Assembly (NCBI GenBank): GCA_964421955.1
Contig: CAYQYU010000013.1
Location: 1-28,164, forward strand
From: an uncultured archaeon
GTDB lineage: Archaea > Nanohalarchaeota > Nanosalinia > Nanosalinales > Nanosalinaceae
Direction: 5' to 3'
Length of the DNA stretch: 28,164 bases
The notes under the pieces: generated by a model
What the model was told of the DNA's origin: nothing
Databases searched by the model: none
What the model saw: the letters and a program-made list of their open reading frames with translations, nothing else
Made by a program: the position numbers and the translations under genes
Part shown: one piece after another, positions 17,949-26,306 of the stretch
How positions within the stretch are numbered: the first letter of the stretch is position 1
Layout of the letters: every line of letters begins with the position of its first letter

Positions 17949-18197
17949 ATGGTCTACGAGATCGAGTGCGCCGAGTGCGGCGACCTGATCGATTTTGGAG
18001 GAGAGGAACCTGAGGAACTTCCCGAGGGCGCTGTCGAGTTCAACGGCGAGGTTTACTGCAGTGACTGTGTCAGGGATTTCGTGGAGGCCGGTACAGGTGA
18101 TCTGGATGGCCGTGTGAGCGAACTCGAGAGTATGATGAACGAGGTTGCCGACCAGCTGGGAATAGAGAAGCATCTGGGTTCCGATGTAGATTCATAA
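17949..18197 (+). CDS. Small Zn-binding protein (CxxC...CxxC) with C-terminal helix
   Basis: CAEC...CSDC; acidic; TTTAAA about 25-30 nt upstream. Confidence 0.75.
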   Translation: MVYEIECAECGDLIDFGGEEPEELPEGAVEFNGEVYCSDCVRDFVEAGTGDLDGRVSELESMMNEVADQLGIEKHLGSDVDS

Positions 18198-18218
18198 GAT
18201 AAAGAAGGTGAAAGATTT

Positions 18219-18716
18219 TCAGCCTTCGAGTTCTTCGTCGAACTCTCTGACCTGGTGCTTGAACTTTAGTAGAAGGTCCTCGGTCTGTGAGAGCGATTCT
18301 TCGAGCGACTGTTTCTCGTCCTGGAGGTTCGATACCTTTCTCTCTAGCTGGTGTTTCTCTGTCTCTGCCTCGGCTTTCTCGTCCTTCATGCTCTTCAGGT
18401 CAGACTGCAGGTCTTCAATCTCTTCCTGCTTGTTGCTGATCCGGGCCTTAAGCTGCTTTCTCGTTGACTTGAGATCTTCAACGGTATCTTCAAGGTCGGC
18501 CTTCTGGTCCTTCAGCTTCCGGACCTGGTCTTTCAGCCGCTCCATTTCCTCCTTGATATCCAGGGCGCGGTCTGCCTCGTTCTCGAACTTGTCGACCAGT
18601 TTGTTCAACTCTTTTGCGCGCTGGTGGGGATGTTGCTGTCCCTCGTGCACATTTCTGCCGTGTTCAGAATCGAATTCTTCTCCACAGATTGGACACTGGT
18701 ATGTTACGTCAGCGAT
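18219..18716 (-). CDS. C2H2 zinc finger + long coiled-coil protein (apparent ATC start)
   Basis: The frame extends upstream of the track's GTG (18650) through YQCPICGEEFDSEHGRNVHEGQQH to an in-frame TGA. SD GGTGA lies 6 nt before ATC at 18716. Heptad coiled coil follows. Confidence 0.75.
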   Translation of the reverse strand: MADVTYQCPICGEEFDSEHGRNVHEGQQHPHQRAKELNKLVDKFENEADRALDIKEEMERLKDQVRKLKDQKADLEDTVEDLKSTRKQLKARISNKQEEIEDLQSDLKSMKDEKAEAETEKHQLERKVSNLQDEKQSLEESLSQTEDLLLKFKHQVREFDEELEG

Positions 18717-18742
18717 ACTTGTTCACCATAACTAAACGTCTG

Positions 18743-19081
18743 TTACTTGTTTTTAAACTTTTGCGCCCGTTTAAGCGACTTTATGGCCTCGCTGATCTGG
18801 GTGTCTAGATCGTCGATATCGAACTCTGGATCGAGATCGAGATTTTTCTCGTGGACGATATCTGTTGGCGACCACTGGCCGGGATAGTCGTACTCGCTCC
18901 CGTCCCAGTCGAAGTCGCCGACCTCTTCGATTATTACAGTCTCCAGTTTTTCGATTAAATCGACGAGCTTGTCGTTCGCCTCCTTCAGCTTCTGGTTCTC
19001 TTTTTTCAGTCTGTCCAGTTTCTCCTGTCCTTTCTCCAGGGTGTCAAGGATGTAGACGTAATCCTGGTCTCCTCTCTCCAT
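18743..19081 (-). CDS. Hypothetical coiled-coil protein
   Basis: Likely start ATG 19081 (MERGDQDY...); coiled coil LEKGQEKLDRLKKENQKLKEAN; the upstream extension in the track looks non-coding. Confidence 0.7.
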   Translation of the reverse strand: MERGDQDYVYILDTLEKGQEKLDRLKKENQKLKEANDKLVDLIEKLETVIIEEVGDFDWDGSEYDYPGQWSPTDIVHEKNLDLDPEFDIDDLDTQISEAIKSLKRAQKFKNK

Positions 19082-19102
19082 GGTCTGGAATAGGTAGGGC
19101 CC

Positions 19103-19354
19103 GGATTTAATACTGGTGCATACATAACCCTGACGGGGTTTCCTTTCTATCATCAGTCCGACGAAGATATCCACTTTACCACTGACTGTCACTCCTGTAT
19201 TCCTGGGGGGGGGGTCGTGCTCGTGTTCGTCTGGTCCAGGCTGAAGGAGGACCACAGGATCGATGCCAGGGAGGGCGCGGTACTGATCGGGCTTTTCGTT
19301 CTCTACCTGGTGTATGAGTACGGTATAAGCGGACTACTGTTAATACAGTTCTAG
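19103..19354 (+). pseudogene. C-terminal remnant of a Na+/Ca2+ (CaCA/YrbG-like) antiporter
   Basis: Ends VVLVFVWSRLKEDHRIDAREGAVLIGLFVLYLVYEY; shifted frame gives FLSIISPTKISTLPLTVTPVFLG; no plausible start for a full-length protein; frame changes near 19140 and at the G10 run 19205-19214. Confidence 0.55.
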
Positions 19355-19665
19355 AAGTCCTGTTTCTCCTCGAGATCTTCTATGAAGTCAAGGAGCTCCT
19401 CAAAGTCCTCGTCCACTACATAGCTCACTTCTCCTTCTCCCTCATCGTATTCGATTATTCCGGCGTCGGCGATCTTGGGGAGGTGGTTGTGGGCCAGTGA
19501 TGCCATAAATCTCTCCTTTTCTTCCTCCCTCATTCTGTCTTGCTCGATCATCTGTTCGGCCAGCTCATCGTAGGACAGATTGTACCCTTCCAGCTCCCTC
19601 AGGGTGTACAGGAGCTTTCTTCTCTGTTTATTTGCGACTATGTTCAGGGATTCGTCTATAAACAT
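19351..19665 (-). CDS. Winged-helix (ArsR-like, haloarchaeal HxHLPKL-type) DNA-binding protein
   Basis: ANKQRRKLLYTL...SLAHNHLPKIADAGIIEYD pattern typical of the haloarchaeal wHTH family. Confidence 0.8.
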   Translation of the reverse strand: MFIDESLNIVANKQRRKLLYTLRELEGYNLSYDELAEQMIEQDRMREEEKERFMASLAHNHLPKIADAGIIEYDEGEGEVSYVVDEDFEELLDFIEDLEEKQDF

Positions 19666-19746
19666 GTTGAGTACTTTAACTGTCCAGAATTTTATGAGAA
19701 ATTGCAGTTCGGTGCAGGTTATGTGGGAAAATGGCTGCGCAGGCTG

Positions 19747-20112
19747 TTACTCATCTTCCATGTGGTCGCTGCTCCTTGCGATCTCTGCATAGGAGGGACA
19801 TACAACTATCCAGTCCTCGTCAACTCCTGCCATGTCGCCATCAATATTCTTGACCGTCTTCTTCAGCCTCTTCACCGAGCGTTTCAGGTCGGCCATGTCC
19901 TTATTCTTCAGCGGCGCGATATTTACCCACACGATGTGGTCGTTTCTCAGGTGTTGCTGGACCTTTTCGACATCTCCGAATTCGTTCAGTGTCGCTGCCC
20001 GGATAACTACCTTCTCGTCTCCTTCTTCCATCTTGGCATCGAGTTCAACGAAATCGTCGTCTATAAGTTCTTCATCACTTTGGTTCTTTGACTTCAGAAA
20101 ATCTAGAGCCAT
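19747..20112 (-). CDS. sepF: Cell division protein SepF
   Basis: N-terminal amphipathic MALDFLK, DFVEL, IVWVNIAPLK...LKRSVKRLK...DGDMAGVDEDWIVVCP. Confidence 0.9.
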   Translation of the reverse strand: MALDFLKSKNQSDEELIDDDFVELDAKMEEGDEKVVIRAATLNEFGDVEKVQQHLRNDHIVWVNIAPLKNKDMADLKRSVKRLKKTVKNIDGDMAGVDEDWIVVCPSYAEIARSSDHMEDE

Positions 20113-20158
20113 GTTGTAGCCTCTTGGTTAAAAGTCGGCGGTACAGCTTTTTATTAGT

Positions 20159-20407
20159 TTAGTCTACGAGGCTCTCGACCTTTGATGCAAGGTTCCAGAT
20201 CTCGGTCCTGGTGTGCTGCTTGATGTTGGGATCGTTCGAGATTTCGTCGAGTATGGATGCCGCGGTGTTCACGCGAACCGATAGCTCCTCGTCGTCTTCC
20301 TGGAGCTTGTCGGCGGCCTCTTCAAGAAGTTCCGAAACATTTGAAGGCATCGAACCCTGGTCGGACATGTCTTTCATTCTCGCAGTTATTGCGTCCAGAG
20401 AGCTCAT
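20159..20407 (-). CDS. UPF0147 family protein
   Basis: DxSMPSNV...AASILDEISNDPNIKQHTRTEIWNLASKVES. Confidence 0.88.
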   Translation of the reverse strand: MSSLDAITARMKDMSDQGSMPSNVSELLEEAADKLQEDDEELSVRVNTAASILDEISNDPNIKQHTRTEIWNLASKVESLVD

Positions 20408-20413
20408 CTGTCA

Positions 20414-20749
20414 TCAACCTTGCATTCCCTGTGAGAACTTTTCCCGGGATTCTTCCATTTTTTCCTCGAGCCTTTCCTGCTTCTTCTCCAGGCTATTCTT
20501 CCTTACCTCCAGGTCCTCGACTTTCTCGTCAAGCTCGTCTTCAAGGTCGGAGCGGTCTTTCTCTACCATGATAGATCCCACGGATTCATAGACCTCTCCG
20601 CTGCCTCCGTCCCGGAGTTCTTCAAGCGCTCTTTTCGCCTCCTGCAGCTCTTCCTCGGTTTCTTCTTTCTGTACCATGATCTGCTGGAGCTGCTGCTGGT
20701 TCTTCTGCATCTCCATGATCATCTTCTGGGCGTCCTGTTCGTCCGTCAT
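20414..20749 (-). CDS. pfdB: Prefoldin beta subunit
   Basis: Coiled coils flanking the VYESVGSIMVE hairpin; conserved position after pcc1. Confidence 0.93.
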   Translation of the reverse strand: MTDEQDAQKMIMEMQKNQQQLQQIMVQKEETEEELQEAKRALEELRDGGSGEVYESVGSIMVEKDRSDLEDELDEKVEDLEVRKNSLEKKQERLEEKMEESREKFSQGMQG

Positions 20750-20759
20750 ATATAGCCAC

Positions 20760-20969
20760 CTAGTATATTTTATTCGCGAGCATTGCCAGCCTGAAAGCCG
20801 TGTCTGTTGACCCTCTTAACACGCCGAGCGCGTCAGTCTGGATCTCTATACAGAGCTGTTCCTCGCTTTCCAGCGAGTAGTTCACTCTGCGGTCAGTATC
20901 TAGGCTGGGCTGGATTATCTTCCTGACCGCCTCCGTGTTATCTAAATCAAGTTCAAGTCTGGTCTTCAT
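20760..20969 (-). CDS. pcc1: KEOPS complex subunit Pcc1-like
   Basis: IEIQTDALGVLRGSTDTAFRL motif; position between rpoP and pfdB. Confidence 0.8.
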   Translation of the reverse strand: MKTRLELDLDNTEAVRKIIQPSLDTDRRVNYSLESEEQLCIEIQTDALGVLRGSTDTAFRLAMLANKIY

Positions 20970-20979
20970 ATCCTGGGCT

Positions 20980-21120
20980 TTACTCCGCCTCTACGCGGTT
21001 TGGATCCTCTGGCCGCGTCTTTAGCAGCACGCGGTGTGAGCACTGTGGACATATAACTTTCTCTTCCACGGGATCAATATCGACTTCTTCCTCGCAGTTG
21101 ACACATTTGTATCCGCTCAC
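20980..21120 (-). CDS. rpoP: DNA-directed RNA polymerase subunit P (Rpo12)
   Basis: Not in the track (46 aa). GTG start, MSGYKCVNCEEEVDIDPVEEKVICPQCSHRVLLKTRPEDPNRVEAE; SD AGGTG; position after rpl37ae. Confidence 0.93.
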   Translation of the reverse strand: MSGYKCVNCEEEVDIDPVEEKVICPQCSHRVLLKTRPEDPNRVEAE

Positions 21121-21125
21121 TCGAA

Positions 21126-21218
21126 AACACCTACCGTGTTCGAAGGTTCTGCGAACCTTCTGCGAGAAGATTCCCTTCCGGAATCTTCGTTTTCTGCGAA
21201 GTCAGTTTCTTCGGAACT
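21126..21218. other. Cluster of four tandem inverted repeats in the rpl37ae-rpoP spacer
   Basis: AACAC/GTGTT (21126-40), GAAGGTTC/GAACCTTC (21142-60), GAAGATTCC/GGAATCTTC (21166-88), bulged AGTTTC-TTCG-GAACT (21204-18). Confidence 0.7.
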
Positions 21219-21505
21219 CACTGTTCTTCACCTTCTTCGATCAGTTCCTTGGCAGATTCGAGCTCCTCGGTCTCTACCTGGAGCGCCCGAGTAAGAGTTT
21301 CCTCGGCACCGGTGTCTCGCCTGTAAGCGCCACCCGCGACCTTGAGGTCGCACTTGGTGCATTTCCAGATGCCTGCGGACTCTCTTCCAAGCTTGCCCTC
21401 GCATTCGGGGCACTCATAGTCCTGCGCCTCTGCCTCGTCAACGTTCTTTCTTATCTTCGACCCGTACCGGGCGCCGAAACGCTTCGAGGATTTGTTTTTG
21501 CTCAT
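21218..21505 (-). CDS. rpl37ae: 50S ribosomal protein L37Ae (eL43)
   Basis: RFGARYG, CPEC...GIWKCTKC...AGGAY; acidic C-terminal tail. Confidence 0.96.
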   Translation of the reverse strand: MSKNKSSKRFGARYGSKIRKNVDEAEAQDYECPECEGKLGRESAGIWKCTKCDLKVAGGAYRRDTGAEETLTRALQVETEELESAKELIEEGEEQ

Positions 21506-21550
21506 TCTGGGTTCACCTGTTATAAGGTAAAGGAGGGTGGGAAAGCTTTT

Positions 21551-22342
21551 TTACTCTCCCGTTGCCTCGTCGAGTTTCTCGCGGAGCATAGAGGTCATTT
21601 CTTCCGCTTTTTCCACGGTCTCCATGATCTCGTCCTGCGAGTAAGGTTCTTCCTCTCCCTTCTGCATCGCGACAATGTTGCCGTTCTCCAGCAGGGAAAC
21701 TGTGAGGCGTGCGTCCTGTGCGTCTTCCTCTTCCCCGGTCGTGTCCCAGAGAAGAGTTTCTCCGATCTTGTGGCCGGTAACCGTGATTGGTTCTTTTCGA
21801 AGCGGTACGTCCATCGCCTTCTCGTCCCGGTTAATCATTCCCTCTTCCTCATCGTACTCGGGAATGAAACCGGTCATTAGAGCGGCCATTGCGCCAAGAC
21901 TTGACGCATCGATGAGGTTGCCGTCGTCGTTCAGGACGTGGATGTCGATGAAGAGTGTGTAGACCTTCTCGCCCTCCTCGATACAAAGGTCCTCGAGGTC
22001 GATGGCCTCTGCTTCACGGATGCCACGGTCGACTACCCGGGCAAGTTCCACTCCTGGCTCTCTTGGGGGTCCTGACTCGTACTCCCTGTGGGCCATAGGC
22101 GCCAGTTCCGCGTTGGTCACGATTGTGCCTGTCGCGGGACGGTCGGGGTAAGGTTCCTCGACTGAAGCCTTGAGTCCTACCACTACCTGTGTGTCGCCAA
22201 TCCTCACTCTCGCGGATCCTTCCGCGGTTTCGTGAATGTAGTCGGTCTCGATCTCTATATCCCGGTACTCATCGAGGTCACGTCCGTCGAGACGTTCGCC
22301 GTCCTCGATGATCTTCCTTATTGACCTTGTGTTGAGCTGCAT
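21551..22342 (-). CDS. rrp42: Exosome complex component Rrp42
   Basis: RLDGRDLDEYR, AEGSARVRIGDT, PYPDRP, ELARVVDRGIRE, DGNLIDA. Confidence 0.96.
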   Translation of the reverse strand: MQLNTRSIRKIIEDGERLDGRDLDEYRDIEIETDYIHETAEGSARVRIGDTQVVVGLKASVEEPYPDRPATGTIVTNAELAPMAHREYESGPPREPGVELARVVDRGIREAEAIDLEDLCIEEGEKVYTLFIDIHVLNDDGNLIDASSLGAMAALMTGFIPEYDEEEGMINRDEKAMDVPLRKEPITVTGHKIGETLLWDTTGEEEDAQDARLTVSLLENGNIVAMQKGEEEPYSQDEIMETVEKAEEMTSMLREKLDEATGE

Positions 22343-23085
22343 TACTGATCACCTCCGTTTTCGGCCCTGATTTCCTGGTATTTCTCTATCAGAGTTTCAC
22401 GCTGTTGCTCGTAGAGCTGGTTGCATCCATCTTTCGCGAGAGAGAGGCATTCGTCGAGCATCTCCCGGTCGATGTCGCCGTCCATCTGGAGCAGAGTGAT
22501 TTCGTCGCCCCCGTTGATGACCGCGATCGGGATGTCTGCGTTTCCTTCCTTGTCCTCTTTGCCGTCGACGTCGAGAACCGCTGTGTCGTCGACGACTCCC
22601 GCAGCGGTCGCGGAGACCAATCCGCGCATCGGAATTCCTGCATCAACAAGTGCGAGTGCAGCGGCGTTGATGCCGGTAACCCGGGTTCCGCCGTCGGATT
22701 CGATTACTTCCATCGAGATGTCGATCCCTGCCTTCGGAAAGTTCTCGAGCTCAATCGCCGGTTCCAGTGCCCGCCTTGCTACCAGGCCGATCTCTTTTGC
22801 TCTCCTGTTTGGACCGGGTCTCATCCGGTCGTCGACAGAAAACGGCGCCATGTTGTATCTCATCTTGATGACCGCTCTATCGCTTTTCTGGAGGTGCTGT
22901 GGGTGGAGTTCCTGTGGACCGAACACGGATGCTACGACCCGCGTGTTCCCGGTCTCGACCATCGCGGATCCGTCCGCCTCGTCGAGAACTCCCACTTCCA
23001 TCCTGGTTTCTCTCAGTTCGTTCTTTTCTCTTCCGTCGATACGTTTTCCATCTTCGTCAAACCATTCGATGTCTTCTTCGCTCAT
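22342..23085 (-). CDS. rrp41: Exosome complex component Rrp41 (RNase PH-like)
   Basis: RIDGR..ELR, ADGSA, YNMAPFS, DGGTR, ALVDAGIPMR, ADIP, LLQMDG. Confidence 0.96.
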   Translation of the reverse strand: MSEEDIEWFDEDGKRIDGREKNELRETRMEVGVLDEADGSAMVETGNTRVVASVFGPQELHPQHLQKSDRAVIKMRYNMAPFSVDDRMRPGPNRRAKEIGLVARRALEPAIELENFPKAGIDISMEVIESDGGTRVTGINAAALALVDAGIPMRGLVSATAAGVVDDTAVLDVDGKEDKEGNADIPIAVINGGDEITLLQMDGDIDREMLDECLSLAKDGCNQLYEQQRETLIEKYQEIRAENGGDQ

Positions 23086-23774
23086 CAGTTATCCTCCTCC
23101 ATTTGCTCGTCGATCCAGTCACCTATCTTCTGGGTGAGTCCAGAAGTGTGGGCCTCTCTTTCGATCTTCTTTACGGCTCTTGCTGCGAGATTCTCGTTCT
23201 CGCCCCTGATCCAGATGAGCCCGTTCTGTCCGACTATTACCTTGCAGCCGGTCTTGTTCTTGATCTGCTTCACCATGGTTCCCTGCTTGCCGATCACGCG
23301 CGGAACCTTCGAGGGTGCGACCGAAACTATGCGGCCTCCCTTGAGTTTCCTGCACCGCTTGTCCATCATTGAAAGGTTGACATCCTTACCCTCGCTGACC
23401 GAGGTTACCTTGATGACAACTGCATCCCCGACATCGTAGTAGTCGGTCAGCTCGTCTTCATCGAGGTCGATGTACTCGTCGACTGCGGTGTCGATCTTGA
23501 GCATTCCCTCGTACGGGGAGTCGAGGTCAACGTTCCAGCTGGAGTAGCTTACGCGGGATACCTCTCCTATTACTATGTCGCCTTCTTCCGGGATGTACCG
23601 GCCGGACATTGGCGTTACGTAGACTTTCCCGTCTCTGTACCTCACAGATCCGACGTATTTAGAATAGATTTTGCTGTTTGACTTGTACACACCTGTACCA
23701 GGACGTACATCTTCTTCCTCGGAGATAAGGTCTCCAGGTGTGACTAGTTCATCTTCATCTTTAACACGTGACAT
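23085..23774 (-). CDS. rrp4: Exosome RNA-binding cap protein Rrp4 (S1+KH)
   Basis: LVTPGD, YIPEEGDIVIG, KVPRVIGKQGTM, VGQNGLIWI, AHTSGLT. Confidence 0.96.
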   Translation of the reverse strand: MSRVKDEDELVTPGDLISEEEDVRPGTGVYKSNSKIYSKYVGSVRYRDGKVYVTPMSGRYIPEEGDIVIGEVSRVSYSSWNVDLDSPYEGMLKIDTAVDEYIDLDEDELTDYYDVGDAVVIKVTSVSEGKDVNLSMMDKRCRKLKGGRIVSVAPSKVPRVIGKQGTMVKQIKNKTGCKVIVGQNGLIWIRGENENLAARAVKKIEREAHTSGLTQKIGDWIDEQMEEDN

Positions 23775-23923
23775 TACGTTTTTACCTCAGTTTCGTTCTT
23801 CTTCACAAGAGAAAATCTTGTTTTATATTATCAAACAGTGCCGGAATTCTTAAATACTATTTGAAATGTGGTCCGCCTCGAGTTGGGTTCAAAAAGTTTT
23901 GTACACCAGGGACAGGGGATGCG

Positions 23924-24724
23924 ATGAGGCGGCGTGAATACCTGAAAGATGTAATGGGTGGTATTGCCTCTTACCCGGCTACTTCTACTGTTACAGCGGT
24001 TGCTGCCGCCACATCTCTTGATGGCTCTGCTCCTGGAAGCCCCACGATTCCGGACGAGTACATGCAGGATCCGGGCTTCCAGAACTGGCTGGAAAGCATA
24101 TACAGGGATGAGCTGGATGATTTCAGCGCGGAGAGGCCGAATGTGCTCCTCGACGTTATACCTGTCGGAAATAACTACCTGGAGCCGGGAATCGCCGAGT
24201 TCCTTGAGGAGGAACACCGGAAGAACGGTATCAATATGTTGGTGGGTCAGCGCGAAGATCATTTTCCCGGGGACAAGTTCCTGGAGAAATACGGCTGGGA
24301 CGCGGGAGAGATACTCGGCCACGGCAGCTACAGCGGCTTTGTTGATAAGGAAGTGTCTTCTGAGATGCAGGAGGCCGCGATACAGGTTATCATGGCCCCG
24401 GGAAAGCCTGTTGACCCCGAGGGCTTCCTGGAGTACGAGGATACTTACAACCTGGGCTGGACCTCCATGGATAGGCAGAGGAACTCGATCGTGATAGCTT
24501 CGAACACTGCTTTCGGCAGAGATACTTCGAGGGAACCTGCTGGCTATGGCGAGAACTACCTGGATGGCAAGCTCCGGGTGAATTTACATGAGGTTGGCCA
24601 CCTGTACGGTCTTTCGCATGAAGAGGGCAACACTGCGGACGTTATGCATGACCCTGTCTATCCTGACTGTAATCCCAGTTTCAGCGATGGCGACTGGAGA
24701 AGGATAAGAAATGTGCTGGACTAG
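23924..24724 (+). CDS. Metzincin (matrixin-like) zinc metalloprotease with Tat-like N-terminus
   Basis: Likely start ATG 23924 (MRRREYLK); HEVGHLYGLSH plus Met-turn DVMH. Its stop overlaps the convergent sdo1 stop (CTAG). Confidence 0.8.
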   Translation: MRRREYLKDVMGGIASYPATSTVTAVAAATSLDGSAPGSPTIPDEYMQDPGFQNWLESIYRDELDDFSAERPNVLLDVIPVGNNYLEPGIAEFLEEEHRKNGINMLVGQREDHFPGDKFLEKYGWDAGEILGHGSYSGFVDKEVSSEMQEAAIQVIMAPGKPVDPEGFLEYEDTYNLGWTSMDRQRNSIVIASNTAFGRDTSREPAGYGENYLDGKLRVNLHEVGHLYGLSHEEGNTADVMHDPVYPDCNPSFSDGDWRRIRNVLD

Positions 24725-25407
24725 ATCTCTTTCATCTCGGCCTTGCCTTTCGCGATCTCCTGGATGTCGTCCATCAACGAGCTCAAGACGCCGGCGGGCA
24801 TCGTGACTCTGCACATGAAGTAGTCGTTGCCCCACTCCTCTTCTTCGACTTCCGCGGCACTCTGGATCCTGTCGTATGCCTTTCCTGCCTGATCGACGGG
24901 AATCCTGATCGCCACGGTCTTTTCATCGAGTGAGACGGGTATTATAGGCCTTATATCGTTGATAGCCTCCTGGAACTTTTCCTCGACATCGTCGAACGCG
25001 TCAATATTGAATCCGGCCTCTTCGAGCGCGTTCTCCACCCTTTGCGGTGGATGCGGGTTCCCTGTTTTCGGGTCCTGTGCCCTCCGGGCAATCATGTCGA
25101 CTATCTGCCGGTATTTTTCCTCCCTCATCTCTTTTTTCTGCTCGGTGGTGAGCTGCATCTCTCCCTTCTCGAAGATCTGCTCCGCGGCCTCCATTATCTG
25201 CCGGGTGCCAAACTCGTCCTCTATCTCTTCGGCCGAGGCACGCTCACCCTCGCCGACATCCTTGAATATTTCCTGTACGAATAGCAGGCGCTGAATGTCG
25301 TGGTCCTTGCCCTCGAACCTGACCTCTTTCGCAAGCTCCGGGTCCACGAGAATCTCGAACTCCTTGTCTCCAGAGTAGCGTACACGTATCGCGTCGGAGG
25401 TGTCCAT
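24721..25407 (-). CDS. sdo1: Ribosome maturation factor SBDS/Sdo1
   Basis: FEILVDP, GEMQLTTEQKK, DPKTGNPHPPQRVENALEEA, IIP. Confidence 0.95.
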   Translation of the reverse strand: MDTSDAIRVRYSGDKEFEILVDPELAKEVRFEGKDHDIQRLLFVQEIFKDVGEGERASAEEIEDEFGTRQIMEAAEQIFEKGEMQLTTEQKKEMREEKYRQIVDMIARRAQDPKTGNPHPPQRVENALEEAGFNIDAFDDVEEKFQEAINDIRPIIPVSLDEKTVAIRIPVDQAGKAYDRIQSAAEVEEEEWGNDYFMCRVTMPAGVLSSLMDDIQEIAKGKAEMKEI

Positions 25408-25449
25408 GGTTACATTTGGTTTGACCAGCTTTAAACCGGTTTTCCGGCT

Positions 25450-26154
25450 CTAATCGACTCTGTCCTCGAGTTCTTCTGGACTTACTCTCTGGTAGTTCTC
25501 CTCTATGTCTACCGTTGCGAGTTCGATGTTGCCGATCTCGATGTCTTCTTCACCAGCTCTTAACGCGTTGACCGCGAGCTCCACTGCATCTTCTTCTGAC
25601 AGGTCTTCCTCCCAGTTCTCTTCGAGGTGCTCGGTCGCGTCGTTTCCTCCCTTACCGATCGACACGGCGTTCCACTGGTTTAATGTTCCCGAGGGATCGG
25701 TCTGGTAAACTGTTGGCGAGCCGTCTTTGACTCCTCCTGAGATCGTAGAGACTCCATAGGGTCTTACTCCGCCGTACTGGGTGAACTGCTGGCACCGGTC
25801 CGCGACAAACCGCGCGAGTACTGGCGTCGGAATTTCCTCGTCGTACGTCATGAGGTACCGCTGGGCTTCGTTCCTGGTCTCGTCGACAAGCGTTCTGCCG
25901 TCCGCTACGAGCCCCGATGTCGCGATTCCTACATGGTCCGCAACCTTGAAGACTTTCTCGGGATTCCTCACGCGTAGGGCTTCTGTGCTCCTTGTTGCGG
26001 CGAGCACGACTCCCTGGTTGTATACAACTCCGAGTGCGGTTGCTCCCTTTTTAACTGCTTCTTTGGCGTATTCTACCTGGAACAGTCGACCGTCTGGAGA
26101 GAAGATCGTGATTCCGCGGTCGTACTGTGCCTGCTGCTGGTTGGTCATCTGCAT
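25450..26154 (-). CDS. psmA: Proteasome alpha subunit
   Basis: YDRGITIFSPDGRLFQVEYAKEAVKKG, SGLVADGR, TQYGGVRPYG, TDPSG. Confidence 0.98.
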   Translation of the reverse strand: MQMTNQQQAQYDRGITIFSPDGRLFQVEYAKEAVKKGATALGVVYNQGVVLAATRSTEALRVRNPEKVFKVADHVGIATSGLVADGRTLVDETRNEAQRYLMTYDEEIPTPVLARFVADRCQQFTQYGGVRPYGVSTISGGVKDGSPTVYQTDPSGTLNQWNAVSIGKGGNDATEHLEENWEEDLSEEDAVELAVNALRAGEEDIEIGNIELATVDIEENYQRVSPEELEDRVD

Positions 26155-26306
26155 TTTGTCTAGTTACCTCCTAGAAACTCTATGTTACTGAATCTTTTAT
26201 AGAAGATTTATTAAGCTAGTGCTCAACTAGATCTGGAAATACCGTGTGGGAAGTATGCCCTCCATTATAATAATTCGTTTTTATATGTGACGCGTTATAT
26301 CTGATC

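Noticed and set aside
21098-23439. Long + strand ORFs of 260, 344 and 238 aa
   Set aside because: Antisense to rpl37ae and exosome genes; no recognisable motifs.
23768-23923. N-terminal extensions in track ORFs (23768 here; likewise 6703, 14510, 19255)
   Set aside because: They overlap neighbouring genes or AT-rich promoter DNA and have non-acidic composition; downstream ATGs fit better.
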